A stretch of DNA of 64,000 bases from a bacterium (lineage in GTDB: Bacteria > SAR324 > NAC60-12), in NCBI GenBank assembly GCA_965233585.1, contig CBDDTI010000746.1:672001-736000 (forward strand). The letters run 5' to 3'. The notes beneath the pieces were generated by a model. It was not told where the DNA came from, made no database searches, and saw nothing but the letters and a program-made list of their open reading frames with translations. The position numbers and the translations under genes are program-made. Positions 40,239 through 49,537 of this stretch are shown one piece after another; the first letter of the stretch is position 1, and every line of letters starts with the position of its first letter.

Positions 40239-41315
40239 ATGTCGCATCTTAAACTCAATCAGCTCAGTTTGTCATTCAAAGACCATCAAATTTTCAAAGA
40301 GATTTGTCTTGAGGTGAATCAAGGCGAGTTTGTTGTAGTCTTTGGTCATTCTGGTTGTGGCAAGACTGTGCTACTTCGTGCGATTGCAGGATTGCAAGAA
40401 CTGGACAGCGGAACCATTCACTTTGACAACCAAGACGTCACTCATGTTGCCCCTGAAAAACGTCAGATTGGCATGGCATTCCAGAACTTTGCGCTCTATC
40501 CTCATTTTTCTGCATTTCAAAACATTGCAAGTCCCTTAGTGGCTCAAAAGCTAAGCACTTCACAGATTGAAGAAAAAGTCTTTCAAATTGCTGAACATTT
40601 AAAAGTCCAACACGTTCTGAAACACATGCCCAAAGCATTATCTAACGGACAAAAGCAAAGAGTGGCATTGGCACGTGCTTTAATTGTTGAACCTAAATTG
40701 CTTTTGCTTGATGACCCATTAAGAAATGTTGATGCAAAACTTCGTTTTGAAATGAGGTTAAGCCTGCCTGAATTGTTGCAAAAGTTTCAAGCTACAACCA
40801 TTCATGTCACTCAAGATTACAAGGAGGCAATGGCATTGGCTGACAGGATTGCCATTTTGCATGAAGGGGAGGTGATTCAGTTTGACACCCCTGAGACCAT
40901 CTACATTAAACCTGCTTCTTTGACTGTTGCTAAACTTTTTGGAGACCCACCTATCAATCTGCTCCATGTTTCTATGCAACAAATGCAATCTCTTATTGTG
41001 GACACAGAGCGAGTGTTTCAGCAAAAAGAAGTGGGATTAGATTCTTACATTTTAGGCATACGTCCTGAACATCTTCAGTTTTGCCAACCTCACGAGCAAG
41101 GGGTTTTTGAGGCTGATATTCTCACAATCACCCCTTTAAATGAAAGAAATATTGTCTTTTTGAAAACGGAACATGGACATGAATTGCTTTCATCACACCC
41201 TTTTGATGAATCCCTGCCTAACGTAGGACAGAAGATCAGTATGAATTTTGACCTTGAAAATGTTTTTTTGTTTCACCCTCAAAATCAAAAAACTCTCAAT
41301 CTGAAAGAAGGCTAA
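40239..41315 (+). CDS. Sugar ABC ATP-binding protein
   Basis: GHSGCGKT, FQNFALYPH, LSNGQKQR, LLLDDPL. Confidence 0.9.
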   Translation: MSHLKLNQLSLSFKDHQIFKEICLEVNQGEFVVVFGHSGCGKTVLLRAIAGLQELDSGTIHFDNQDVTHVAPEKRQIGMAFQNFALYPHFSAFQNIASPLVAQKLSTSQIEEKVFQIAEHLKVQHVLKHMPKALSNGQKQRVALARALIVEPKLLLLDDPLRNVDAKLRFEMRLSLPELLQKFQATTIHVTQDYKEAMALADRIAILHEGEVIQFDTPETIYIKPASLTVAKLFGDPPINLLHVSMQQMQSLIVDTERVFQQKEVGLDSYILGIRPEHLQFCQPHEQGVFEADILTITPLNERNIVFLKTEHGHELLSSHPFDESLPNVGQKISMNFDLENVFLFHPQNQKTLNLKEG

Positions 41316-41321
41316 AGCCGT

Positions 41322-42428
41322 ATGTCTCACTTACTTTTAAAGCAAGTCAACAAAATTTATGAGTTACAAGGGTCTTCAGGTGTTCATGCTGTCAAAGACC
41401 TTTCGTTGGAAGTCAAACATGGGGAAATCATTGCATTGCTTGGGTCTTCAGGTTGTGGCAAAACTTCTACTTTAAGAATGGTTGCAGGTTTTGAGTCTGT
41501 CAGTAGTGGAGTGATTGAGTTGAACAGTCGGCAGATTCATACCTTGCTACCTGCCCAAAGAAAAGTCGCTATGGCGTTTGAAGGGTATTCTCTCTATCCT
41601 CCTCTTTCTGTTAAAGAAAATATTGTTTTTGCTTTAAAATCAAGCCAGTTTTCCAAAAAAGAAATTGAAAAGACAGTCGGACACGTCACAGAGCTTTTGG
41701 AGATTCAGGATTTGTTAGATTCACGCCCAGCTTCTCTTTCAGGAGGTCAGCAACAAAGAGTCAGCCTAGCCCGAGCATTGGTCAAGCCAGCAGACGTGTA
41801 CTTGCTTGATGAACCGATGGGACAGTTAGAACCTCAACTTAGGTCACTTCTGCGTGTGCGAATCAAACAATACCTTAAAGAAGAACACAAAACTGCCATC
41901 ATGGTGACCCACAATCAGACAGAAGCCAATGCACTGGCAGACAGAATTGCTGTCATGGAAGGTGGCATTTTACAAGATTACAACACATCAAAACACCTTC
42001 AAGATACTCCTGCCAATCTTTTTGTGGGGACATTTTTGGGAGAACCTCCTATGAATGTGATTGAGGCAAAATTGAGTATAGAAAACAATGAGCTGAAACT
42101 TTTTCTTCAAGGAAGTCAAGACGTTTTAAAATATGACCTCTCCAATTTCTCATCAGAGCAACTGAAACAAATTGAGAAAAACACCGAAGTCATTTTGGGA
42201 GTGCGCCCTCATTTTCTTCAGTTAGGAAGTGGTGATTTAAAGGCAAAGCTGATTTCTAATCAATGGTTGGGAGACCAAGTCCATTTAGCTACAAAATTTT
42301 GCCAAAATTCATTAGTGATTGTGTCTCACACCAGACAACCTTATCAGTATGGTGAGATGGTCCCTTTTTCTATTCCTCATCATGCACTCCATTTTTTTGA
42401 CACAGAAACCCAAAATCTCATTTTTTAG
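41322..42428 (+). CDS. Sugar ABC ATP-binding protein
   Basis: GSSGCGKT, LSGGQQQR, LLDEP. Confidence 0.92.
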   Translation: MSHLLLKQVNKIYELQGSSGVHAVKDLSLEVKHGEIIALLGSSGCGKTSTLRMVAGFESVSSGVIELNSRQIHTLLPAQRKVAMAFEGYSLYPPLSVKENIVFALKSSQFSKKEIEKTVGHVTELLEIQDLLDSRPASLSGGQQQRVSLARALVKPADVYLLDEPMGQLEPQLRSLLRVRIKQYLKEEHKTAIMVTHNQTEANALADRIAVMEGGILQDYNTSKHLQDTPANLFVGTFLGEPPMNVIEAKLSIENNELKLFLQGSQDVLKYDLSNFSSEQLKQIEKNTEVILGVRPHFLQLGSGDLKAKLISNQWLGDQVHLATKFCQNSLVIVSHTRQPYQYGEMVPFSIPHHALHFFDTETQNLIF

Positions 42429-42430
42429 AG

Positions 42431-44002
42431 ATGGACAAAGACATTTTAATTGGAATTGATGCAGGAACGTCTGTGATTAAATCCGTTGCATTTGACCTAG
42501 CAGGTCAGCAACTGGCTTATACTTCAAAAAAAAATCAATACATCAGCCTCCCTGATGGAAAAGTAGAGCAAGATATGGAGCAAACGTGGCTTGATACTTT
42601 TGCAACACTTCAGGAATTGGTGCGACAAATCCCTCATGCTGAAACTCGCATCAAAGGGATTGCAATTACGGGTCAAGGTAGCGGAAATTGGTTGATTGAC
42701 AAGCAGGGAAATTCTGTTGCCCCTGCTTCTCTTTGGCTTGATGCACGCGCTGCTAGCTTGGTTGATGACTTCCGCAAATCACCAAAAGAAGCCAAACGTT
42801 TTCAAATCGTGGGGACAGGTTTTGCAGCTTGCGACCAAGCCCCCCAATGGTTGTGGTTGAAACAACACCAAGCTGAACAATTACAACAAGCCACCACTGC
42901 CTTTCATTGTAAAGACTGGCTTTACTTCAAAATGACAGGGCAACGTGCGACTGACCCCTCAGAAGCTGTTTTTAGTTTTGGAGACTTTAGAACGGGACAG
43001 TACAGCGAGGAAGTTTTTGAGCTACTAGGCTTGCAGAACGAAAAACACCTACTTCCCCCTATTGTTAACGGAGTGAAGACGCATCACCCTCTCAAACCAA
43101 ACATTGCCAATGAACTTGGGATTCCATCGGGCGTGCCTGTGGTTTTGGGATATGTAGATGTCGTTTGTAGTTTGTTAGGGTCTGGATTTTATGATGAAGC
43201 TGTCAATGTGGGTTGTTCTATTGTTGGGTCAACTGGAATGCACGCTGTCCTCAAACGTCATGCAAGCCAAGTGTTGCTCAATCCAGAACAAACAGGCTAT
43301 ACGATGTTGTTGCCAATTCCTCAGCATTTTGCACAAGCTCAATCCAATCTTTCAGGCACTATCAATTTTGACTGGATTCTCAATGCCATGATGCCATTGA
43401 TGAAAAATCAAGGTGTAGAATTTTCTGCATCAAAGTTTTATGAAACGTTAGATGAAAATATGATGCAAGCCGTCTCTGGCGAGATTTTATTTTTCCCTTA
43501 TATTTCAGAAGCAGGCGAACGAGGTCCTTTTATAGAATCATCGGCACGTGCAGGATTTATTGGCTTGAATACACGTCATGATTATTACGACATGGTACGA
43601 AGCATTTTTGAAGGACTGTGTTTAGCCACTAAAGACTGTTATCAGACCATTGGTGAACTTCCTGCTGAAATCCGTCTGACTGGGGGGGCATCTAAAAGCC
43701 GTGTCTTGAGGCTTTTGTTATCCTCCATGCTCAACACTCCCGTTCGTGTTGCCAACCGAGAAGAAGCTGGTGCAACAGGGGCTGCCATGATTGCCGCAGT
43801 GTCATTGGGAATTTTCCCCAGCATGCAAGAATGCGTGAAACAATGGATTGCACCATGTTTAGGTGAGTTAGAGCAACCTGACTCTGAATTGGCTAAGACT
43901 TATCAACAGCTTTATCCCATCTATCAAGAAGCACGTCAAAATCAAAGATCTGTATGGCGTGCTTTGCAAAAACAGTCGCACGATAGACAATTCAATGAAT
44001 GA
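42431..44002 (+). CDS. eryA: FGGY carbohydrate kinase, erythritol kinase-like
   Basis: GIDAGTSVIK, HCKDWLY..MTG.RATDPSEA.FSFG, PYISEAGERGPF, REEAGA. Resembles the recalled Brucella EryA. Confidence 0.8.
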   Translation: MDKDILIGIDAGTSVIKSVAFDLAGQQLAYTSKKNQYISLPDGKVEQDMEQTWLDTFATLQELVRQIPHAETRIKGIAITGQGSGNWLIDKQGNSVAPASLWLDARAASLVDDFRKSPKEAKRFQIVGTGFAACDQAPQWLWLKQHQAEQLQQATTAFHCKDWLYFKMTGQRATDPSEAVFSFGDFRTGQYSEEVFELLGLQNEKHLLPPIVNGVKTHHPLKPNIANELGIPSGVPVVLGYVDVVCSLLGSGFYDEAVNVGCSIVGSTGMHAVLKRHASQVLLNPEQTGYTMLLPIPQHFAQAQSNLSGTINFDWILNAMMPLMKNQGVEFSASKFYETLDENMMQAVSGEILFFPYISEAGERGPFIESSARAGFIGLNTRHDYYDMVRSIFEGLCLATKDCYQTIGELPAEIRLTGGASKSRVLRLLLSSMLNTPVRVANREEAGATGAAMIAAVSLGIFPSMQECVKQWIAPCLGELEQPDSELAKTYQQLYPIYQEARQNQRSVWRALQKQSHDRQFNE

Positions 44003-44173
44003 AATACCGAATCGCACAGACAACAAACCGATGTTTCTTTTGAAAGGGACAAAGGCATTGGTCTCCACTTTGGAGAGAGGGATAAACGAAATCACTGAAA
44101 CAAATTTGTCAAAATATCTTAAAATGTCATCAAGCAATGTTTTGATGGTCTCACACTTTAATCAAGCAAAAAA

Positions 44174-45229
44174 ATGTCAAAAAAAATAGCCGTCATTGGA
44201 GACCGCTTTATGCTCCCTGATGTGTTTGTCAACGCCATTAAAAAGGCTTGTGAGCCTGCATTCACCATAGAGTTTGCCACGTTACAACTACCTTGGCCTG
44301 ATGAACCAATGGAACATGGCTACTTGCAAGCAGGTTTAGCAGGACTGAAAGAGTATCAAGGAGACCCTGAACAGATTGTTAAATTTTTACAAGGGGCAGA
44401 AATTTGGGTGAACCACTTAGCGCCTCTTTCTAAAGACATGATGGCGCAGTTGCCTGATTTGAAATTCATTGCAGTCGGACGAGGTGGACCTGTCAATATT
44501 GAGTCTGATGCACTTGAGTCTTTTGGAATCCAAATGGTCAATGTGCCGGGCAGGAACTCTACTGCTGTTGCAGAGTTTACGATTGGGGCAATCCTTGCTG
44601 AAACAAGGTTAATTCGTGCAGGACATGAGGCATTGCGTCAAGGCAACTGGAGGGGAGATTTGTACCGTGCAGATTTGACCGGAAGTGAGCTTTCAGAATT
44701 GACTGTCGGTCTGGTTGGCTATGGTGAAGTGGGAACAAAAGTTGTCAAACTCCTCAAAGTTTTTGGCTGTCAAATCTTGGTTTGTGACCCTTATGTAAAA
44801 CTTTCAGAAGATGATGCTCAATCAGGAGTGAAGCAAGTCCAGTTAGATGACTTGTTGCAACAATCTGATGTGGTCAGTCTGCATGCTAGGGTTTCCCAAG
44901 AAACAACTCATTTGATGAATGCCAGCACCCTGTCTAAAATGAAGCAAGGTAGTTTTTTGATCAACACTGCCAGAGGTCCAATCGTCAACTATGATGACCT
45001 CTACCAAACGTTAAAATCGGGACACTTACGGGGTGCAATGTTAGAGACATTTGCTGTTGAACCTCCCCCCGAAGATTGGGATTTATTGAAATTACCAAAC
45101 GTCACCTTGACTCCTCATATTGCAGGGGCATCTACTAAAACTGTGAGTTACACTGCTGAATGTCTTGCAAAGGAGATTCAGCATTATTTGCATGGGAAAC
45201 CTCCCATCAATCCTTTTCCTCTTTCTTAA
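44174..45229 (+). CDS. D-isomer-specific 2-hydroxyacid dehydrogenase family protein (RbtA-like position)
   Basis: PGRNSTAVAE, GLVGYGEVG, SLHAR, INTARG, TPHIAGAS. Confidence 0.85.
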   Translation: MSKKIAVIGDRFMLPDVFVNAIKKACEPAFTIEFATLQLPWPDEPMEHGYLQAGLAGLKEYQGDPEQIVKFLQGAEIWVNHLAPLSKDMMAQLPDLKFIAVGRGGPVNIESDALESFGIQMVNVPGRNSTAVAEFTIGAILAETRLIRAGHEALRQGNWRGDLYRADLTGSELSELTVGLVGYGEVGTKVVKLLKVFGCQILVCDPYVKLSEDDAQSGVKQVQLDDLLQQSDVVSLHARVSQETTHLMNASTLSKMKQGSFLINTARGPIVNYDDLYQTLKSGHLRGAMLETFAVEPPPEDWDLLKLPNVTLTPHIAGASTKTVSYTAECLAKEIQHYLHGKPPINPFPLS

Positions 45230-45252
45230 CGAACACTTAACCTAAAAACCTA

Positions 45253-45927
45253 ATGAATGTAGAAGAATACCAAATTCGTGAAAATATTGTTAAAAAATGC
45301 CGTTTGATGAATGACAGTGGCTTGAATCAAGGGACATCAGGCAATATTTCTGTTTTGTATGAAGACAGAATGTTGATCACTCCAAGTGGCACTCCGTATG
45401 ACACCATGACCCCCGAAATGATTGCTTCGGTAGAGATGAACTCAGAAGTAGGAACATTTACAGGTCCGCTCAAACCTTCTAGCGAATGGAGGTTTCACCG
45501 CTATCTTTTAAGGGACAACGACAACGTATCTGCCATTGTTCATGCTCATTCTACTTACTGTACAACTTTGGCGATTGCTAGAAAGTCTATTCCTGCATGC
45601 CATTACATGATTGCCGCTTTTGGTGGCAGTGATGTAAGATGTTCTGAATATGCACGTTACGGGACAGAAGAATTGGCTCAACATGCCATCAAAGCACTGG
45701 AAGGTCGCATGGGCTGTTTGCTTGCCAACCATGGCATGATTGCTCTTGGCGAAAATTTGGACAAAGCGATGTGGCGTGCTGTAGAATTAGAGACCATTGC
45801 CAAACAATACTATCTTTCTCTTCAGATTGAAGGAGGTCCTTTGATTCTCAACGAAGCACAAATTCAAGAGACACTGGACAGTTTTGCAACTTATGGTCTT
45901 CAAGATGGAAATCCTTCTTGTTGCTGA
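45253..45927 (+). CDS. fucA: Class II aldolase (L-fuculose-phosphate aldolase-like)
   Basis: GTSGNIS, ITPSG, PSSEWRFH, VHAHS, LLANHG. Confidence 0.8.
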   Translation: MNVEEYQIRENIVKKCRLMNDSGLNQGTSGNISVLYEDRMLITPSGTPYDTMTPEMIASVEMNSEVGTFTGPLKPSSEWRFHRYLLRDNDNVSAIVHAHSTYCTTLAIARKSIPACHYMIAAFGGSDVRCSEYARYGTEELAQHAIKALEGRMGCLLANHGMIALGENLDKAMWRAVELETIAKQYYLSLQIEGGPLILNEAQIQETLDSFATYGLQDGNPSCC

Positions 45928-45962
45928 ATTTTATTTTATTTGAATCACTATTTTGAAAAGTT

Positions 45963-47468
45963 ATGAAATCAATCAGAACAGTTGATCTGTTGGTCGTTGG
46001 CGGTGGAGTCAATGGGGCAGGAATTGCCCGAGATGCCTCAGGTCGTGGGTTAAGTGTGCTTTTGTGTGAAAAAGATGACCTTGCTCAAGGGACAAGCTCA
46101 AGGTCTGGCAAGCTGATTCATGGGGGCTTGCGTTATTTGGAATATTATGAGTTCCGTCTGGTCAGAGAAGCCTTGAAGGAAAGGGAGGTGCTTTTAGAAG
46201 TTGCTCCGCATTTGGTCTTTCCCATGCGATTCGTCTTGCCCCACTCTCCAGAACAACGTCCTGTGTGGCTCATTCGTCTGGGGCTTTTTCTTTATGACAA
46301 TCTTGGAGGTAGAAAAAGGCTACCTGCTACTAGACATCTCAATTTACAAAATGTGCCAGAAGGCAAGGGAATTGAAGCACAATTCACACAAGCCTTTGAA
46401 TATTCTGATTGTGGAGTAGATGATGCCAAACTGGTCTCGTTGAATGCGCTTGATGCGAAGGAACATGGTGCAGAGGTTTTGACTCATACCAAATTTGAAA
46501 GTGCAGAACAAGAGCAAGGTGTTTGGAAAGTGACGTTGCGAAACCAAAAATCTCAAGAAAGTCTTCAAGTCCATGCCAAAGCCATCATCAATACAGCAGG
46601 ACCTTGGGTGGATCAAGTCATTCCATCTATCAAAGGTGCTTCTTCTAAATATAAAATTCGTCTGGTCAAGGGGAGTCATCTTGTTGTCAAGAAGTTCTGG
46701 GAAGGGTCTCATGCTTACCTTTTACAAAACACGGACAAGCGAGTGATTTTTGTCATTCCTTACCAAGAAGACCTTTGTGTCATTGGGACAACAGACATTC
46801 CATTTGAAGGCAATGCTGATGATGTGGTCATAGACCAAGCAGAAATTGACTATCTGTTTGGAGTGACAAATCGCTATTTTCAGCAAAAACTCACAGACCA
46901 AGACATTGTTGACACTTATTCTGGCGTCAGACCTTTGTTTGATGACGATTCAGGGAATCCAAGTGCTGTCACACGAGATTATCAAATTGAACTCAATCAA
47001 CAAGGGGGAGCGATTTTGCTTTCATTGTTTGGTGGCAAAATCACTGCTTACCGTGAAATTGCAGAAGCAGTCGTTGAAAGACTTCAACCTTTTTTCCCAA
47101 AGATGAAACCCGCTTGGACGTCAAAGCAACCCTTGCCCGGTGGGAATATTCCAGATGCTGACTTTGATGTCTTCCTTCAAACGTTGAGGCAAAGACACCC
47201 ATGGTTAGGAGACAGACTTTCTTATCACCTTGTCAGATTTTATGGGACACGCACATTCATTCTGCTTGATGATGCAGAATCTCTTGAAGACTTGGGAGAA
47301 CATTTTGGCGGAGAGTTTTATGAAAAAGAAGCACGTTACCTCATCAAATACGAATGGGCAACTTCAGTCGCAGACATTTTAGAAAGACGCACCAAACATG
47401 GACTCTTTCTTGATGCTAAACAAAAAGAACATTTTGCAAAATGGCTAGAACAAATTAATCAACAATAA
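45963..47468 (+). CDS. eryB: FAD-dependent erythritol-phosphate dehydrogenase (GlpD family)
   Basis: GGGVNG, GTSSRSGKLIHGGLRYLE, SGVRPL, GNPSAVTRDY, GGKIT; sits in the same operon as eryA. Confidence 0.78.
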   Translation: MKSIRTVDLLVVGGGVNGAGIARDASGRGLSVLLCEKDDLAQGTSSRSGKLIHGGLRYLEYYEFRLVREALKEREVLLEVAPHLVFPMRFVLPHSPEQRPVWLIRLGLFLYDNLGGRKRLPATRHLNLQNVPEGKGIEAQFTQAFEYSDCGVDDAKLVSLNALDAKEHGAEVLTHTKFESAEQEQGVWKVTLRNQKSQESLQVHAKAIINTAGPWVDQVIPSIKGASSKYKIRLVKGSHLVVKKFWEGSHAYLLQNTDKRVIFVIPYQEDLCVIGTTDIPFEGNADDVVIDQAEIDYLFGVTNRYFQQKLTDQDIVDTYSGVRPLFDDDSGNPSAVTRDYQIELNQQGGAILLSLFGGKITAYREIAEAVVERLQPFFPKMKPAWTSKQPLPGGNIPDADFDVFLQTLRQRHPWLGDRLSYHLVRFYGTRTFILLDDAESLEDLGEHFGGEFYEKEARYLIKYEWATSVADILERRTKHGLFLDAKQKEHFAKWLEQINQQ

Positions 47469-47498
47469 AGGCATCTCAAACTCCTCAAAAATACCCAA

Positions 47499-48392
47499 AT
47501 GTCAAACCCAACTTCATTGAAGAGTAAGTTTCTTTTATCAGACCACCCTTTGCCTTGGCTTTTACCAATGGTGTCAATGTTGTTGGTTTTCACAGTCTAT
47601 CCTTTCTTTTACAACATTTGGTTGAGCTTCCATGAATATTCTGTGTTCAAAAGGCGTTTAGTCTATGTTGGGGGAGAAAACTGGCAAAAGCTGTTGAGCG
47701 ATGAAAGGCTTTGGGAGGCAATGAGCATTACCATGACCTACTTTCTGGTGGTTTTGGTGGTGCAGTTGGTTTTGGGAATGTTGATTGCTTTGCTGCTGGA
47801 TTCTGATGAAAAAACTTTTGGCTTCCTGAGGAGTCTTTTGACGTTGACATTGGTCATTCCCCCTGCAATTACAGGAATGATGTTTTTGTTGATGCAAGAC
47901 CCGGAGTTTGGAATCTTAACCTACCTCTTGGAAACACTTGGTCTTTTAAGCAAAGAAAATCCGATCCTTTCTACTCCCTCTACTGCTTTGATAGGGGTGA
48001 TGATTGCTGACATATGGCAATGGACGCCATTTGTAGTGTTAATTTTCATAGCAGGTCTACGTTCTTTACCAACAGAACCTTATGAAGCGGCAATTTTAGA
48101 TGGGGCTTCTGGAGTTCAAATTTTCTTTCGCATCACATTGCCATTGATGGGACGCGTGATTGCTGTTGTGGTCTTGATTCGGGGAATTGACATTTTTCGT
48201 ATGTTTGACTACGTCTTTGTGATGACGTCAGGAGGTCCAGGGACTTCCACTTATACGCTCAGTCTTTACATTTGGCAGCAAACGTTTAGTTTCATCAAAT
48301 GGGGTTATGGGGCAACCATTAGCCTTGTCTCTCTTCTGGTTGTTCTGTTTGTCTGCAACTTGTTCATTAAAGTGACCAAAGTCAAATGGTAA
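47499..48392 (+). CDS. Carbohydrate ABC transporter permease
   Basis: DIWQWTPF, EAAILDGA, MTSGGPG. Confidence 0.9.
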   Translation: MSNPTSLKSKFLLSDHPLPWLLPMVSMLLVFTVYPFFYNIWLSFHEYSVFKRRLVYVGGENWQKLLSDERLWEAMSITMTYFLVVLVVQLVLGMLIALLLDSDEKTFGFLRSLLTLTLVIPPAITGMMFLLMQDPEFGILTYLLETLGLLSKENPILSTPSTALIGVMIADIWQWTPFVVLIFIAGLRSLPTEPYEAAILDGASGVQIFFRITLPLMGRVIAVVVLIRGIDIFRMFDYVFVMTSGGPGTSTYTLSLYIWQQTFSFIKWGYGATISLVSLLVVLFVCNLFIKVTKVKW

Positions 48393-48434
48393 AAAATTGA
48401 TCACACAAATCCAACAAATAAAAATAGGCAAAAA

Positions 48435-49304
48435 ATGATTGTTCAATCGTATTCCAAAAGAATGATGAGAGTGGTCTTGGCATGGTTTGTTGTGCTGATT
48501 TCTGCATTTCCAATTTTTTATTGGGTTTCAGTCGCTTTTAAACATGCCAAAGATATTTTTCACATTCCTCCCAAATTGCTAGATTTTGATCCAACTTTGA
48601 AAAACTTTTATGAAGTCTTCGGTTTTTCATTTGGAGGGCAGGTAGATTTTGGAGGGGGTGCAGATTGGTTCATGCTGCCAAGATTGTGGGACTCAATTAT
48701 CATTGCACTAGGTTCTACTGCGTTGGCAGTGGTGGTGTCTGTTCTGGCAGCTTATGCTTTGAGCCGTATGAACTTTACAGGACGTCATCATTTTGTCAAC
48801 TGGGTGCTTTCAACTCGTATGCTTCCACCTGTTGCTGTGGCATTGCCAATGTTTTTGATGTTTCGTGATTTTGGTTTGATGGACACACACATTGGCATCA
48901 TTTTAATTCATGCCTTGATGAATCTGCCGCTTGGTGTGCTGTTGCTGAAAAGTTTTTTTGATGACATTCCCCAAGAAATTGACGAAAGCGCTCTCATAGA
49001 TGGGGCGTCACGGTGGGTAATTTTTCGCCGCGTTGTCTTCCCAATGGCAAAAGGAGGTGTTGCCGCAACTGCTGTGCTGTGCTTCATTTTTTCTTGGACA
49101 GAATTTTTATTTGTTCTCACACTCACCCAGACAGGATTAAAAACTGTTCCTGTTGTCTCTTCTACCTTTGTCACTTCCACAGGCACGGCATGGGGGAATA
49201 TGGCAGCACTTGGAGCAGCCGCCATCATTCCTGCTTTTCTATTCATTTTGATTGTTCAAAAACAGCTAGTCAGAGGTTTAACGTTAGGTTCACTGAAACA
49301 ATAG
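48435..49304 (+). CDS. Carbohydrate ABC transporter permease
   Basis: AAYALSR, ESALIDGA, FIFSWTEF, LVRGLT.GS.K. Confidence 0.9.
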   Translation: MIVQSYSKRMMRVVLAWFVVLISAFPIFYWVSVAFKHAKDIFHIPPKLLDFDPTLKNFYEVFGFSFGGQVDFGGGADWFMLPRLWDSIIIALGSTALAVVVSVLAAYALSRMNFTGRHHFVNWVLSTRMLPPVAVALPMFLMFRDFGLMDTHIGIILIHALMNLPLGVLLLKSFFDDIPQEIDESALIDGASRWVIFRRVVFPMAKGGVAATAVLCFIFSWTEFLFVLTLTQTGLKTVPVVSSTFVTSTGTAWGNMAALGAAAIIPAFLFILIVQKQLVRGLTLGSLKQ

Positions 49305-49537
49305 TCATTTTTTTAAAAAAATGACGTTTCTCATTTCACTAAGTCCGTAAAACTCATGTCATTGAAAAAAGTGACAAATGATGGTAATGTGAAGAAACTG
49401 ACAATAGGTCTAAAAAATTTGATACAAAAAGGCAGTCAAAGCAAATAGACTATCAAAATTGACTAAATCAACAGTTTTCAGAAAGTTGAATTTTTGAAAA
49501 CTATGAGCTTGTCAAACGTTTTGAAACCACCTCAGGC

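Noticed and set aside
43959..44189. Small ORF bridging eryA and the dehydrogenase
   Set aside because: It overlaps both neighbours and has no recognisable motif, so it cannot be supported.
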